The notes under the pieces were generated by a model. The model was not told where the DNA came from and did no database searches. It worked only from the letters and a program-made list of their open reading frames with translations. The position numbers and the translations under genes are program-made. Positions 18,319 through 27,801 of a stretch of DNA of 59,563 nt are shown piece by piece. The stretch is from contig JAGWRZ010000019.1 of assembly GCA_028876365.1 (NCBI GenBank), positions 1 to 59,563 of the forward strand, in the 5' to 3' direction. The DNA comes from Acidobacteriota bacterium. Its GTDB lineage: Bacteria; Actinomycetota; Thermoleophilia; Gaiellales; Gaiellaceae. How positions within the stretch are numbered: position 1 is the first letter of the stretch; every line of letters begins with the position of its first letter.

Positions 18319-19466
18319 TCTGGACCGGATCGCTGAGTCACCCCTACCGCATCGGCGGCAATGTCGGCCTGTACGACACGACGCTCCGCGACGGCGAGCA
18401 GACGGTCGGCGTCGTCCTCGACCCGGAGCAGAAGCTCGAGATCGCAGCGCTCCTCGACGCCATCGGCGTCGACCGGATCGAGGCCGGCTTCCCGCGCGTC
18501 TCGCCGGACGACTGGGAGGCGGTCGAGCTCGTCGCCGGCGCCGGCCTGCGCGCCGAGGTATGGGGCTTCTCCCGCGCGGTCGCGGCCGACCTCGAGGCGC
18601 TGGTCGAGCTCGGCGTCCGTCACGCGGTGATCGAATCGCCGATCTCCGATGCGAAGCTCGGCGCGATCGGCGTCTCCCGCGACGTGATGGTCGAGCGCAT
18701 CACGAATGCCATGACGTTCGCCGCCGAGCACGGCATTCACGCTGCGTTCTTCGGCGTCGACTCGACGCGCGCCGATCTCGACTTCTTCCGCTACGTCTAC
18801 GAGGCCGCGGTCGAGGCCGGCGCACGCGAAGTCGTGGTCGTCGACACGCTCGGCGTCGCCTCGCCCGAGGCGGTCCGCGATCTCGTCGGACGGACGATCA
18901 AGTGGCTCGACGGGACTCCGGTCCACTTTCACGGCCATAACGACTTCGGTCTCGCGACCGCGAACGCAGTCGCGGCGGTCGCCGCCGGGGCGACGTGGGT
19001 CCACGGGACGATCAACGGCATGGGCGAGCGCGCGGGCAACGCGAACCTCGGTGAGGTGGCGCTGACGCTGCGCGCGCTCTACGGCGTCGAGTCCAATCTC
19101 GAGCTTTCCCGCATCCGCGAGATCTCGACGCGCGTGCAGGAGTTGTCGGGCTATGCGCTCGAGCCGTGGAAGCCGGTCACCGGCGAGACGCTCTTCCGGC
19201 GCGAGTCGGGCGCCGTCGCGTCGCAGTTTCACGACCCGCCGTCGATCGAGCCGTACTCGTCCGAGCTCGTCGGCGCCGAGCGCGGGCTCGTCCTCGGGAA
19301 GAAGAGCGGAATCGACTCGATTCGCATCAAGGCCGAGGAGCTCGGTCTCGACGTTCCCGACGAGCGCCGGGCAGAGCTGCTCGCGCAGGTGAAGGCGCTG
19401 GGGGCGAGGAAGCATGGGCTCGTCACCGACGACGAGTTCCGCGAGCTCGTGAACGGATCGGGGTGA
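18309..19466 (+). CDS. HMGL-like enzyme of the homocitrate / 2-isopropylmalate / citramalate synthase family (no LeuA regulatory domain)
   Basis: The ATG at 18309 gives a 10-nt overlap. Motifs are [11 protein letters not shown] and [40 protein letters not shown]. 385 aa. Confidence 0.85.
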   Translation: MSLIWTGSLSHPYRIGGNVGLYDTTLRDGEQTVGVVLDPEQKLEIAALLDAIGVDRIEAGFPRVSPDDWEAVELVAGAGLRAEVWGFSRAVAADLEALVELGVRHAVIESPISDAKLGAIGVSRDVMVERITNAMTFAAEHGIHAAFFGVDSTRADLDFFRYVYEAAVEAGAREVVVVDTLGVASPEAVRDLVGRTIKWLDGTPVHFHGHNDFGLATANAVAAVAAGATWVHGTINGMGERAGNANLGEVALTLRALYGVESNLELSRIREISTRVQELSGYALEPWKPVTGETLFRRESGAVASQFHDPPSIEPYSSELVGAERGLVLGKKSGIDSIRIKAEELGLDVPDERRAELLAQVKALGARKHGLVTDDEFRELVNGSG

Positions 19467-19477
19467 AGAACCGCACG

Positions 19478-19882
19478 ATGCCTCCGAGCGCCGTCATCCC
19501 GGTGCTCGTCTATCCGACCGTGCGAGAAGCGGTCGACTGGCTCTGCAACGCATTCGGCTTCATCGAGAGGTGGGAGGCGAAAGGCCATCGCGCGCAGCTT
19601 CTCGTCGGCTCCGGAGCAGTCGTCGTCGTCGACGGGGAATCGGGCGGGTCGTGCGGCGCGCACTCGGTGATGGTTCGCGTCGAGAACATCGATCTCCACC
19701 ACGGGCGCGCGATGCTGTGGGGAGCGCGCGTCCTCAGCCCGCCCGCCGACTACCCGTACGGCGAGCGGCAGTACACCGCGGAGGACCCCGGAGGCCATCG
19801 CTGGACCTTCTCGCAGTCGATCGCCGATCTCGAGCCGGAGGCGTGGGGCGGCGTCTCCGGGCCGGGCATGACGCGTGGCTGA
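19478..19882 (+). CDS. VOC (glyoxalase/bleomycin-resistance/dioxygenase) family protein
   Basis: ATG at 19478, with an alternative GTG at 19463 overlapping the previous stop. The sequence PYGERQYTAEDPGGHRWTF is typical of small VOC proteins. Confidence 0.75.
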   Translation: MPPSAVIPVLVYPTVREAVDWLCNAFGFIERWEAKGHRAQLLVGSGAVVVVDGESGGSCGAHSVMVRVENIDLHHGRAMLWGARVLSPPADYPYGERQYTAEDPGGHRWTFSQSIADLEPEAWGGVSGPGMTRG

Positions 19883-21431
19883 GTACGACGCCGTCATCGT
19901 CGGCAGCGGCATCAACTCGCTCGCATGCGGCGCGCTGCTCGCGCGCGCGGGGTGGCACGTGTGCGTGCTCGAACGCAACGAGTGGCTCGGCGGCGCGATC
20001 CACACCGCGGAGCTGACCGAGCCCGGCTATCACCACGATGTCTTCAGCGCCTGGCATCCGCTCTGGGTCGGTGGCGCCGCGCACGCGGAGCTCGGCCCCG
20101 ATCTCGCCGCGCGCGGTCTCGAGTACCTCAACACCGACCTGCCGAGCGGAACCGCCTTTCCGGATGGGTCGGCGACGTTCCTCCTCCGCGACGCCGAGGG
20201 TAACGCGCGCGAGCTCGGCCACGAGTGGCCGGACGTGCTCGCGCGGTTCTTCCCGAACGCCGATCTCGCGTTCGGCCTGCTCGGGACGGAGCTCTGGAGC
20301 GCGTCGGGCCTCGCCCTCGCGCTGAAGGCGCACCGCCGGCTCGGGAGGGCAGGCCTCGCCGCGTTCACGGGCGAGCTTCTCGCGTCCAGTCGCGACTGGC
20401 TGCAGGCGACGTTCGCGTCGGAGCGGGCGCACGGTGTGCTGGCGCCGTGGGTGCTCCACACCGGGCTCGGCCCGGATGCGGCCACGTCGGGGTTCATGAC
20501 CCAGGTGATCGCCGTCGCCGTGCAGGAGGGCGGCATGCCCATTCCGCGGGGCGGGGGCGCGAAGCTCGCGGACGCGCTCGTGCGGCTGATCCGGGACCGC
20601 GGCGGGACGTGCGAGACGGGCAGCGATGTCGAGCGCGTCGTCGTGCGGTCGGGTCGCGCAGCCGGCGTCCGGCTTGCGGGCGGCGATGTGGTCGAGGCGG
20701 GTCGGGCCGTGATCGCGAACGTGACGCCGACGCAGCTGTACGAGCGCCTGCTCGACGTCGAGACACCGGCGGGCGCGCGGCGGTTCCGCCACGGGCGGGC
20801 GGAGATGCAGATCCACCTCGCGCTGTCCGAGCCGGCGCGGTGGGACGGCGACGAGCGGCTCGGGCGGACGGCGATCGTGCACGTCACGCCGGGGCTCGAC
20901 GGCGTCTCGCGTGCGGTGAACGAAGCGGAGCGCGGGCTCATCCCTGAGGAAGCGACGATCGTCGTCGGGCAACCATTGACGATGGACCCCTCGCGCGCGC
21001 CCGACGGCAAGGGGTTGTTGTGGATCCAGCTGCAGGAGCTGCCCTCGCGCCTCGCGTGGAACGACGAGCTCCGCGAGCGGTACGCGGACCGAATCCAGGC
21101 ACGGCTCGCGCGCCACATCCCGAATCTCGAGTCGTCGATCGTGAAGCGCGTCGTGCTCGGCCCGCACGATCTCGAGCGCATGAACGTCAACCTCCGTCAC
21201 GGCGACCCGTACGGCGGGGCGCTGACGATCGACCAGAACTTCCTGTGGCGTCCGTTCCCCGGGAGTACCGGGCACACGACGCCGGTCGAGCGGCTCTGGC
21301 ACATCGGCGCGAGCACCTGGCCGGGGCCGGGGCTCGGAGCCGGCTCGGGGACGCTCGTCGCGCAGAAGCTCCTCGAGCCGTCGCTCGCCGGGCGCGGCGT
21401 CCGGCGCCTCCGTGCGCTCGCGGCGCGCTGA
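19875..21431 (+). CDS. FAD-dependent oxidoreductase, phytoene-desaturase/amine-oxidase (CrtI-like) family
   Basis: GTG start with an 8-nt overlap. The dinucleotide-binding motif is YDAVIVGSGINSLACGALLARAGWHVCVLERNEWLGG. 518 aa. Confidence 0.85.
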   Translation: MAEYDAVIVGSGINSLACGALLARAGWHVCVLERNEWLGGAIHTAELTEPGYHHDVFSAWHPLWVGGAAHAELGPDLAARGLEYLNTDLPSGTAFPDGSATFLLRDAEGNARELGHEWPDVLARFFPNADLAFGLLGTELWSASGLALALKAHRRLGRAGLAAFTGELLASSRDWLQATFASERAHGVLAPWVLHTGLGPDAATSGFMTQVIAVAVQEGGMPIPRGGGAKLADALVRLIRDRGGTCETGSDVERVVVRSGRAAGVRLAGGDVVEAGRAVIANVTPTQLYERLLDVETPAGARRFRHGRAEMQIHLALSEPARWDGDERLGRTAIVHVTPGLDGVSRAVNEAERGLIPEEATIVVGQPLTMDPSRAPDGKGLLWIQLQELPSRLAWNDELRERYADRIQARLARHIPNLESSIVKRVVLGPHDLERMNVNLRHGDPYGGALTIDQNFLWRPFPGSTGHTTPVERLWHIGASTWPGPGLGAGSGTLVAQKLLEPSLAGRGVRRLRALAAR

Positions 21432-21498
21432 CGCGAAAGATTGCGCCTTTCTCCCGGAAGTCGGCGCATCGGCGTGACGCCCGCCTCCGTACCGTTTG

Positions 21499-21518
21499 CC
21501 CCGCCCTAAAGGGTGGGG
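21499..21518 (+). terminator. weak hairpin CCCCGCCC-TAAA-GGGTGGGG after the CrtI-like gene
   Basis: 8-bp stem with one G-U pair and no U-tract. It lies 68 nt past the stop at the end of the 19-kb gene string. Confidence 0.3.
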
Positions 21519-21538
21519 GGATGGAGGTGGGAACGCGA

Positions 21539-21567
21539 TTGCCGTCGCCGGGCCCGATCCGTAGATT
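21539..21567 (+). promoter_or_regulatory. candidate promoter giving a leaderless mRNA (-35 TTGCCG, 17-nt spacer, -10 TAGATT)
   Basis: The -10 element ends 6 nt before the ATG at 21574. No Shine-Dalgarno sequence is present (CCCGGC). Confidence 0.4.
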
Positions 21568-21573
21568 CCCGGC

Positions 21574-22659
21574 ATGAGATTCAGCATCTACAGCGAGCTC
21601 CAGAGCTGGCCCGGAAAGTCCTACTCCCAGCTGTACGGCGAGGTGCTCGAGCAGATCGAGAACGCCGACCGCCTCGGCTACGACGGGTACGCCGCGATCG
21701 AGCACCTCTTCTTCCCGAAGTTCTCCGCGTCCGCGAACGTCTTCGGCCTCTTCGGGATGGCGGCCGCGCGGACGAAGAGGATCAGGTTCCGGACGATGCT
21801 GCACATCCTCCCGTACCACAACCCGCTCGTCCTCGCGGCGATGATTCACGAGTTCTCGCTCCTGACGGACGGGCGCTACGAGTTCGGCGTCGGCCGCGGC
21901 CACGGCTGGATTCCGATCGCCGCCGGTCTGCCGCTCGACGAGAGCGCGCGACCGCGGTACGAAGAGGCGCTCGACCTCTTCATCGAAGGCTTGCACAAAG
22001 ACACGGTCACGTTCCACGGCGAGTACTGGAACGTCGACGACAGCTGCATCGTCCCGTTCAGCGGCCACCGCTTCCGCGTCGTGCTCGGAGGGACATCCGA
22101 CCGCACCTACGACCTCGCGGCGAAGCACGGCTGGGCGGTTGCGGTTCCCCCGTTGTTGCCGTACGCCGCGCTCAAGGATCAGCTCGATCTCTACCGCGCG
22201 AAGTGCGACGAGTACGGGACGGCGCCGGACATCATCTGGATCCATGCGTGCTACATCGACGACGACCGCGAGCTCGCGAAACGCGAAGCCGAGAAGCACA
22301 TGCGCGGGTTCCTCGCCGGGAATGCGTCGCCTCTCACCGAGCATGCCCCGCCGCCGGCCGAGAAGCTGAACGCGGCGGGCTACGGCTTCTACGCCTCCGG
22401 GATCATGGAGAAGCTCGCGGCGACGCCGTACGACGACATGATCGCCGGAGACATCGTCTGGGTCGGGACGCCCGACGACGTCGTCGAGCGCATACGCGAG
22501 ACGATCGAGGTCTGCGACGGGCTGACGGAGATCGCCATCACCACCAACCCGGGCGGCGTCGAGCACTGGAAGGCGATCAAGGCACAGGAGCTCTTCGCCC
22601 ACCACGTCATCCCGCGTGTACGCGAGATGGTCGCGGAGCCGCTGGCAGCGCCGGCCTAG
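21574..22659 (+). CDS. LLM-class (luciferase-like) flavin-dependent oxidoreductase
   Basis: 361 aa. The sequence reads RLGYDGYAAIEHLFFPKFS...LPYHNPLVLAAMIHEFSLLTDGRYEFGVGRGHG. Confidence 0.85.
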   Translation: MRFSIYSELQSWPGKSYSQLYGEVLEQIENADRLGYDGYAAIEHLFFPKFSASANVFGLFGMAAARTKRIRFRTMLHILPYHNPLVLAAMIHEFSLLTDGRYEFGVGRGHGWIPIAAGLPLDESARPRYEEALDLFIEGLHKDTVTFHGEYWNVDDSCIVPFSGHRFRVVLGGTSDRTYDLAAKHGWAVAVPPLLPYAALKDQLDLYRAKCDEYGTAPDIIWIHACYIDDDRELAKREAEKHMRGFLAGNASPLTEHAPPPAEKLNAAGYGFYASGIMEKLAATPYDDMIAGDIVWVGTPDDVVERIRETIEVCDGLTEIAITTNPGGVEHWKAIKAQELFAHHVIPRVREMVAEPLAAPA

Positions 22660-23303
22660 AAGGCGAAGATCGAGCGGCCCTTGAGCTCGACGGTGTAGAT
22701 GCCGGTCGCCAGCTCGAGGTGCGCGCGGAGCGCCGCCGCCGCGCGATCCGGATCGTGCGCCGCGCACGCCGACAGCAGCTCGACGTCGAGCTCCTCATGC
22801 CGGTCCTGCAGCGCGCCCCTGTCCGCGAGCAGCACCGGGCGGTAGCGCTCGCAGCTGTCCCAGCACGGACGGATGAGCCGGAGCAGCCACCCCGACTGCG
22901 CCGCCTCGTACAGGGTGAAATGGAACGCGGTGTGCTCTCGCATGGCGCCGAGCGTGTCCGCACGATGCCGCGCGTCGTCGTAGGCCGCGAGGTGCGCGCG
23001 CGCCCGCTCCTCGTCTGCGTCTCCGAAGCGCTCGGCGGCCCGCCGCACGGCCATCGTCTCGACGGCGAGCCGGATGGAGAAGAGCTCGCGCAGCTCCTCG
23101 ACGTCGAGGCTCATCACCTTCGCGCCGTGATGGGGGACGTGCTCGGCCAGGCCGAGGGCCTCGAGCTGCCGGACGGCCTCCCGGATCGGGGAGATGCTCA
23201 TCCCCAGCCGGTGAGCCAGATCCTCGAGCCGGAGGGGCGTCCCGGGCGGCAGCTCGCCGAGGATGATCGACTCGCGCAGGCGCTCGAGGGCGGCCTCCGC
23301 CAT
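22656..23303 (-). CDS. GntR-family transcriptional regulator, FadR/FCD subfamily
   Basis: I prefer the ATG at 23301-23303 (MAEAALERLRESIILGELPPG...). A winged HTH (LRLEDLAHRLGMSISPIREAVRQLEALGL) is followed by an all-helical FCD-like domain. The track start at 23381 would overlap the divergent gene. Confidence 0.85.
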   Translation of the reverse strand: MAEAALERLRESIILGELPPGTPLRLEDLAHRLGMSISPIREAVRQLEALGLAEHVPHHGAKVMSLDVEELRELFSIRLAVETMAVRRAAERFGDADEERARAHLAAYDDARHRADTLGAMREHTAFHFTLYEAAQSGWLLRLIRPCWDSCERYRPVLLADRGALQDRHEELDVELLSACAAHDPDRAAAALRAHLELATGIYTVELKGRSIFAF

Positions 23304-23356
23304 CGTCCGGTGCCGGACCGCGGCCACGGGGGCGAGCGTGAACCACACTTGATCAG

Positions 23357-24283
23357 ATGTCAAACCCTGTGACACGATCACCCATCGGCGTGTCGAGGGA
23401 ACCCGAGGAGAAACCGCGGATCTCCGTGTCGCAGGTGAGCACGCTCACTGCGGGCTTCGCCGACGACGTCCGCACCTATGCGGCCGCGGGCCTCGACGGG
23501 ATCGGCATCTGGGAGATGAAACTCGGCGACGGACCCGACGACGACGCCGTCGCTCTCCTGCGCGAGAGCGGCCTGGGCTCTGCCACCGCCGTCCCGCTCG
23601 TCCCCTCGATCACCGCGCTGCCGCTGCTGCCGGGCCCCGAAGCAGCGCGCGAGCGGACGGACGCGATCCTCGCCTCGCTCGAGCGGCTCGCCGCGTTCGA
23701 GCCTGCAGCCGTCCTGTGCTTCACGGGCCCGGGCGACCGCGAGACCGCCGTCGGCGGTCTGCGCGAGGTGGTGGCCGAGGCCGAGCGGCTCGGTCTGCGC
23801 ATCGCCCTCGAGCCGTTCGGCCCGGACGGCGTCGAGCACTGGTCGAGCGTCGAGACGATCTCCGACGCGGCGGCGCTCGTGGAGGAGATCGGCTCGGACG
23901 CGCTCGGCATCCAGTTCGACGCCTGGCATCTGTCGAACACGCCCGACCTCTTCGCCGAGATCGAACAACACGCCGGCCTCATCGCCGGCGTGCACGTGAG
24001 CGACCGGCGCGAGCCGACCCGCGGCTGGGCCGACCGCGTCCTCCCGGGCGACGGCGTCGCCGGCCTGCCTGCGATCCTCGGCGCGCTCGATCGCGCGGGC
24101 TGGGACGGCTTCTACGACATCGAGGTCTTCTCCGACAACGGCAGCTTCGGCGCGACGTATCCCGACTCGCTCTGGGAGATCGACGGCCGCGAGCTCATCG
24201 AACGTGGTAGGCGACAACTTCTGGAGTGCTGGGTGGAACGTAGGGTGGCGGCATACGCCGTCCCCGGAGAGGAGATGGAGTGA
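23357..24283 (+). CDS. sugar-phosphate isomerase/epimerase (xylose-isomerase-like TIM barrel) family protein
   Basis: 308 aa. The sequence AAAGLDGIGIWEMK...LRIALEPF...DAWHL...GVHVSD fits the AP_endonuc_2 pattern. The exact start is uncertain because in-frame GTGs lie downstream. Confidence 0.78.
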   Translation: MSNPVTRSPIGVSREPEEKPRISVSQVSTLTAGFADDVRTYAAAGLDGIGIWEMKLGDGPDDDAVALLRESGLGSATAVPLVPSITALPLLPGPEAARERTDAILASLERLAAFEPAAVLCFTGPGDRETAVGGLREVVAEAERLGLRIALEPFGPDGVEHWSSVETISDAAALVEEIGSDALGIQFDAWHLSNTPDLFAEIEQHAGLIAGVHVSDRREPTRGWADRVLPGDGVAGLPAILGALDRAGWDGFYDIEVFSDNGSFGATYPDSLWEIDGRELIERGRRQLLECWVERRVAAYAVPGEEME

Positions 24284-25458
24284 GACGAATCGCACTTCTC
24301 GCTGTCGCCGCTGCGGCGCTCGTCGTCGCAGCGACCGCGGCGGCGCGAACGCACGCGGGCTCGCCGATCGTCATCGGCTGGGCGCACGATTCGACGGGCC
24401 CGATGGCCCCGTTCGACGGCCCGGCACTCGCTGCCGCGCAGATCCGCGTCGCGCAGATCAACGCGAAGGGCGGCGTCGACGGGCATCCGCTCGTCATCAA
24501 GACGTGTGACACGCAGGGCGACAACCCGGCTGTGTCGAAGACGTGTGCGGACAAGCTGATCGCTGAGGGCGCGAACGTCATCTTCACGACGTGCGACGTC
24601 GACCTGGCCGCGCCCGCGGTCCAGGAGGCGCTCAACAAGGGCCTGCTGACGATCGCGCCGTGCATCGGCACCGATCAGATGGGTCCGAAGCGCTTCGGCG
24701 CGAAGGGCGCGCTCGCGTTCAGCTTCGGCAACGTCGCGCAGGACGAGGGGTCGGCGATGGCGCAGTTCGCATGGGCGAAGGGTTGGCGGACGGCCGACCT
24801 CGCGACCGATACCGTCATCGTCTACTTCAAGAACGTCGTCCAGGCGTTCGCGGCGCGCTGGAAGCAGCTCGGCGGCAAGATCGTCGACCAGGAGACCTAC
24901 CAGGATCCGGCCTTCCACGGCAACAACGTCCAGAACGCGGTCAGCCGGATCAACTCGCACAAGGCGGACGTCATCGTGACGTCGACCGCCGGCGCCTACG
25001 GCGCGCTCGCTCCGCTCATCACGGGGCTCCGCACGCTCGGGAACAACACGCCGGTGCTCAACTCCTGGGCCGGTGACGGCGTCTACTGGCTGCCGAAGAG
25101 CCCGAAGGTGACGAACTACTATTTCGTCACGTACGCCGACGCGTTCGGCGGCGACCCGAACAAGGCGATCGACGCTCTGGCGAAGAAGATCCATGCGGCG
25201 ACCGGCGGCTTCGTCACCGGGCCCGCGGCGATCGACGGGCTCGCGACGGCGATCCGCGAGGCCGGAGGGTCGACGAACGGAGCCACGCTGGCGGCGAAGA
25301 TGGTGAAGTTCCACAACGTGCCGACGCTGTCGGGGCTCGTGAGCTTCTCGCCGCAGCTGCACAGCGTGTTCCATCGGCAGTACCGCGTCATCGAGATCAA
25401 CAACAACGTGCCACGGCTCGTCGCCGAGGTCGTCGCGAAGGTCGTTCCGAAGATCTAG
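24280..25458 (+). CDS. ABC transporter substrate-binding protein, HAAT family (second system)
   Basis: GTGA overlap. A signal peptide is present (MRRIALLAVAAAALVVAATAAA). The sequence reads IVIGWAHDSTGPMAPFDGPALAAAQIRVAQINAKGGVDGHPL. Confidence 0.88.
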   Translation: MRRIALLAVAAAALVVAATAAARTHAGSPIVIGWAHDSTGPMAPFDGPALAAAQIRVAQINAKGGVDGHPLVIKTCDTQGDNPAVSKTCADKLIAEGANVIFTTCDVDLAAPAVQEALNKGLLTIAPCIGTDQMGPKRFGAKGALAFSFGNVAQDEGSAMAQFAWAKGWRTADLATDTVIVYFKNVVQAFAARWKQLGGKIVDQETYQDPAFHGNNVQNAVSRINSHKADVIVTSTAGAYGALAPLITGLRTLGNNTPVLNSWAGDGVYWLPKSPKVTNYYFVTYADAFGGDPNKAIDALAKKIHAATGGFVTGPAAIDGLATAIREAGGSTNGATLAAKMVKFHNVPTLSGLVSFSPQLHSVFHRQYRVIEINNNVPRLVAEVVAKVVPKI

Positions 25459-26225
25459 TGACGACAGTTGCCCTGTCGGATCGGAGGCCCGGAGATGCGC
25501 TCCGGGCCTCCTCCGTCTCTCGTTCCTTCTCCGGTGTCCAGGCGCTGCGCGCGGTCACGCTCGAGCTGCGCCGCGGCGAGGTGCTCGGGCTCATCGGCCC
25601 GAACGGCGCCGGCAAGTCGACGCTCGTGAACGTCCTCAGCGGCTTCGACCGGCCGACCGAGGGGCGCGTCACCTTCGAGGGGCGTGACGTGACGCGCTGG
25701 CGCGCGAGCCGGCGGGGCCGAAACGGGCTCGCGCGCACCTTCCAGCACAGCCACGCGTTCCGGGGCCTCACCGTGCGTGAGAACGTCGAGGTGTCCGCGC
25801 TCGGCGCGGGCGCGTCGCCGAGGAACGCCGCGCGTCGGGCGGACGAGGTGTTGAAGCTGCTCGGCCTGGACGCCCACGCCGATATCCCGGCGGCCGCGCT
25901 CGCGCACGGTGACGAGAGGCGGCTCGGCGTCGCGCGCGCGCTCGCGACCGAGCCGCGCTACGTCCTCCTCGACGAGCCCGCGGCCGGGCTGCCGGAGGCG
26001 GAGGTGCCGGGGTTCGCCGCGGTCGTGCGCTCGCTCCGCGACGACCACGGCGCCGGCGTGCTGCTGATCGACCACAACATGGCGTTGATCATGGACGTCT
26101 GCGACCGCATCCAGGTGCTCGACCAGGGCGTCACGCTCGCCGAGGGAACGCCGGCCGAGATCCGCGCCAACCTCGACGTCGCCGCCGCATACCTCGGCGA
26201 GAGCGCCATCGCGGAGGAGACATGA
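25458..26225 (+). CDS. ABC ATP-binding protein (LivG-like)
   Basis: The GTG overlaps the TAG by 1 nt. Walker A is GPNGAGKST and Walker B is VLLDEPAAG. Confidence 0.92.
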   Translation: MTTVALSDRRPGDALRASSVSRSFSGVQALRAVTLELRRGEVLGLIGPNGAGKSTLVNVLSGFDRPTEGRVTFEGRDVTRWRASRRGRNGLARTFQHSHAFRGLTVRENVEVSALGAGASPRNAARRADEVLKLLGLDAHADIPAAALAHGDERRLGVARALATEPRYVLLDEPAAGLPEAEVPGFAAVVRSLRDDHGAGVLLIDHNMALIMDVCDRIQVLDQGVTLAEGTPAEIRANLDVAAAYLGESAIAEET

Positions 26226-26914
26226 CGCTCGCCCTCGAGAAGCTCGACGTGCGCTACGGCGCAGTGGACGCCGTGCGCGGCCTCTCGCTCGAGGTGAAGC
26301 CCGGCGAGATCGTCGGGCTCATCGGCCCGAACGGCGCAGGCAAGTCGTCGACGCTCAACGCGATCATGGGCGCCGCCCCGGTCGCCGGCGGCGAGATCCG
26401 GCTCGAGGGTGCGTCGCTGCGCGGCCGTCGCTCGGAGGATGTCGCGCGCGCCGGCGTCGCGCTCGTTCCCGAGGGCCGACGCATCTTCGCCGAGCTGACG
26501 GTCGAGGAGAACCTCCGGCTCGGCCTCGCCGCGCGGCGTACGCCCGGCGGCGTGGAAGCCGCCTTCGAGCTCTTTCCGGTGATCGCCGAGTTCCGGCGCC
26601 GGCCGGCGGGCGCACTGTCCGGCGGCCAGCAGCAGCAGCTCGCGATCGCGCGCGCTCTCGTCGCCGACCCGAGCGTCCTGCTTCTCGACGAGCCCTCGCT
26701 CGGGCTCGCGCCGCGCATCGTCGACGTCGTCTTCGATGCGCTCGCAGCGATCCGGGAGCGCGGTCTCGCGGTGCTCCTCGTCGAGCAGCGCGCCCAGCGC
26801 ACCGTCGCCCTCGCCGACCGAAGTCACGTGCTCGCGAACGGCGAGCTGCAGATCACGCTCGGCCCGGAGGACGCGGGCGACACCGAGAAGCTCGTGGCGG
26901 CGTACTTCGCATGA
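26222..26914 (+). CDS. ABC ATP-binding protein (LivF-like)
   Basis: ATGA overlap. Motifs are GPNGAGKSS, LSGGQQQQL and LLLLDEPS. Confidence 0.92.
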   Translation: MTLALEKLDVRYGAVDAVRGLSLEVKPGEIVGLIGPNGAGKSSTLNAIMGAAPVAGGEIRLEGASLRGRRSEDVARAGVALVPEGRRIFAELTVEENLRLGLAARRTPGGVEAAFELFPVIAEFRRRPAGALSGGQQQQLAIARALVADPSVLLLDEPSLGLAPRIVDVVFDALAAIRERGLAVLLVEQRAQRTVALADRSHVLANGELQITLGPEDAGDTEKLVAAYFA

Positions 26915-27801
26915 GCGTCTCCTGGCAGACGCTCGCGGACGCGCTCTCGCTCGGCGGCATCTACGCGCTCATGGCGGTCGGCATCGGTCTCGTCTTCGGA
27001 GTGCTCCGCCTGGTCAACTTCGCCTACGGGCAGCTGATCATGGCGGGCGCCTACGCGATCGCCTACGCGTCCGTGTGGGGGTGGCCGTCATGGGCGGGAA
27101 TCCTGCTCTGCTTCGCCGTCGTGCTCGCGCTGACGATGCTCATGGACCGGGCCGTGTTCCGCCCACTGCGGACGCAGTCGCCGGCCGTGATGCTCGTGGC
27201 GACCTTCGCAGTCGCGTTTCTCATGCAGAGCATCGCGATCCTCGCGTTCGGGCAGCTCGGCACGATCGCGTCCTCGATGGGGCCGCTCAACCAGCCATGG
27301 GACATCGCCGGCGTCCAGGTCCGGAAGATCGCGATCGTCTCCATCGTCGTCGCGGCGGCCTGCCTCGCGCTTCTCCAGCTCCTCCTGACGCGCACGGCGG
27401 TCGGCCTGCACATGCGCGCCGCGGCGATGGACTTCCGCACTGCGCGCATGCTCGGCGTTCGCGCGAACCGCGTGATCGGGGGCGCCGTGCTCATCTCCGG
27501 TCTGCTCGCGGCGGTGTCCGCCGTCATGCTCACCGCGCGCAACCCCCAGGTGACGCCGATCTTCGCGCTCGACGACACGATTGTCGTCCTCGCCGGCGTC
27601 GTCCTCGGTGGCCTCATGCGGCCCGTCGCGGCCACCCTCGGCGGGTTCACGATCGGCTTCGCAAGCGGGATCCTCGGCGGGGCGCTCCCGACGAACCAGA
27701 GCCAGTACCTGCCGACGTTCCTCTTCGCAGCCGTGATCCTCGTGCTTCTCATCCGGCCGAACGGCCTCTTCGTCCGAGCCGGCGGGGGCGACCGGCTGTG
27801 A
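26911..27801 (+). CDS. HAAT-family ABC permease (LivH-like)
   Basis: ATGA overlap. Motifs are VNFAYGQLIMAG and MRAAAMDFRTARMLG. Confidence 0.92.
   Translation: MSVSWQTLADALSLGGIYALMAVGIGLVFGVLRLVNFAYGQLIMAGAYAIAYASVWGWPSWAGILLCFAVVLALTMLMDRAVFRPLRTQSPAVMLVATFAVAFLMQSIAILAFGQLGTIASSMGPLNQPWDIAGVQVRKIAIVSIVVAAACLALLQLLLTRTAVGLHMRAAAMDFRTARMLGVRANRVIGGAVLISGLLAAVSAVMLTARNPQVTPIFALDDTIVVLAGVVLGGLMRPVAATLGGFTIGFASGILGGALPTNQSQYLPTFLFAAVILVLLIRPNGLFVRAGGGDRL

Noticed and set aside
19734-21587. 617-aa minus-strand ORF over the CrtI-like gene
   Set aside because: It is antisense to a gene with a clean GxGxxG FAD motif and has no motifs of its own, so it is a shadow ORF.
23349-23363. TTGATCAGATGTCAA as the GntR operator
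   Set aside because: Only 4-bp arms are truly complementary, and the element overlaps the annotated ATG. This is too weak to call without comparative footprinting.
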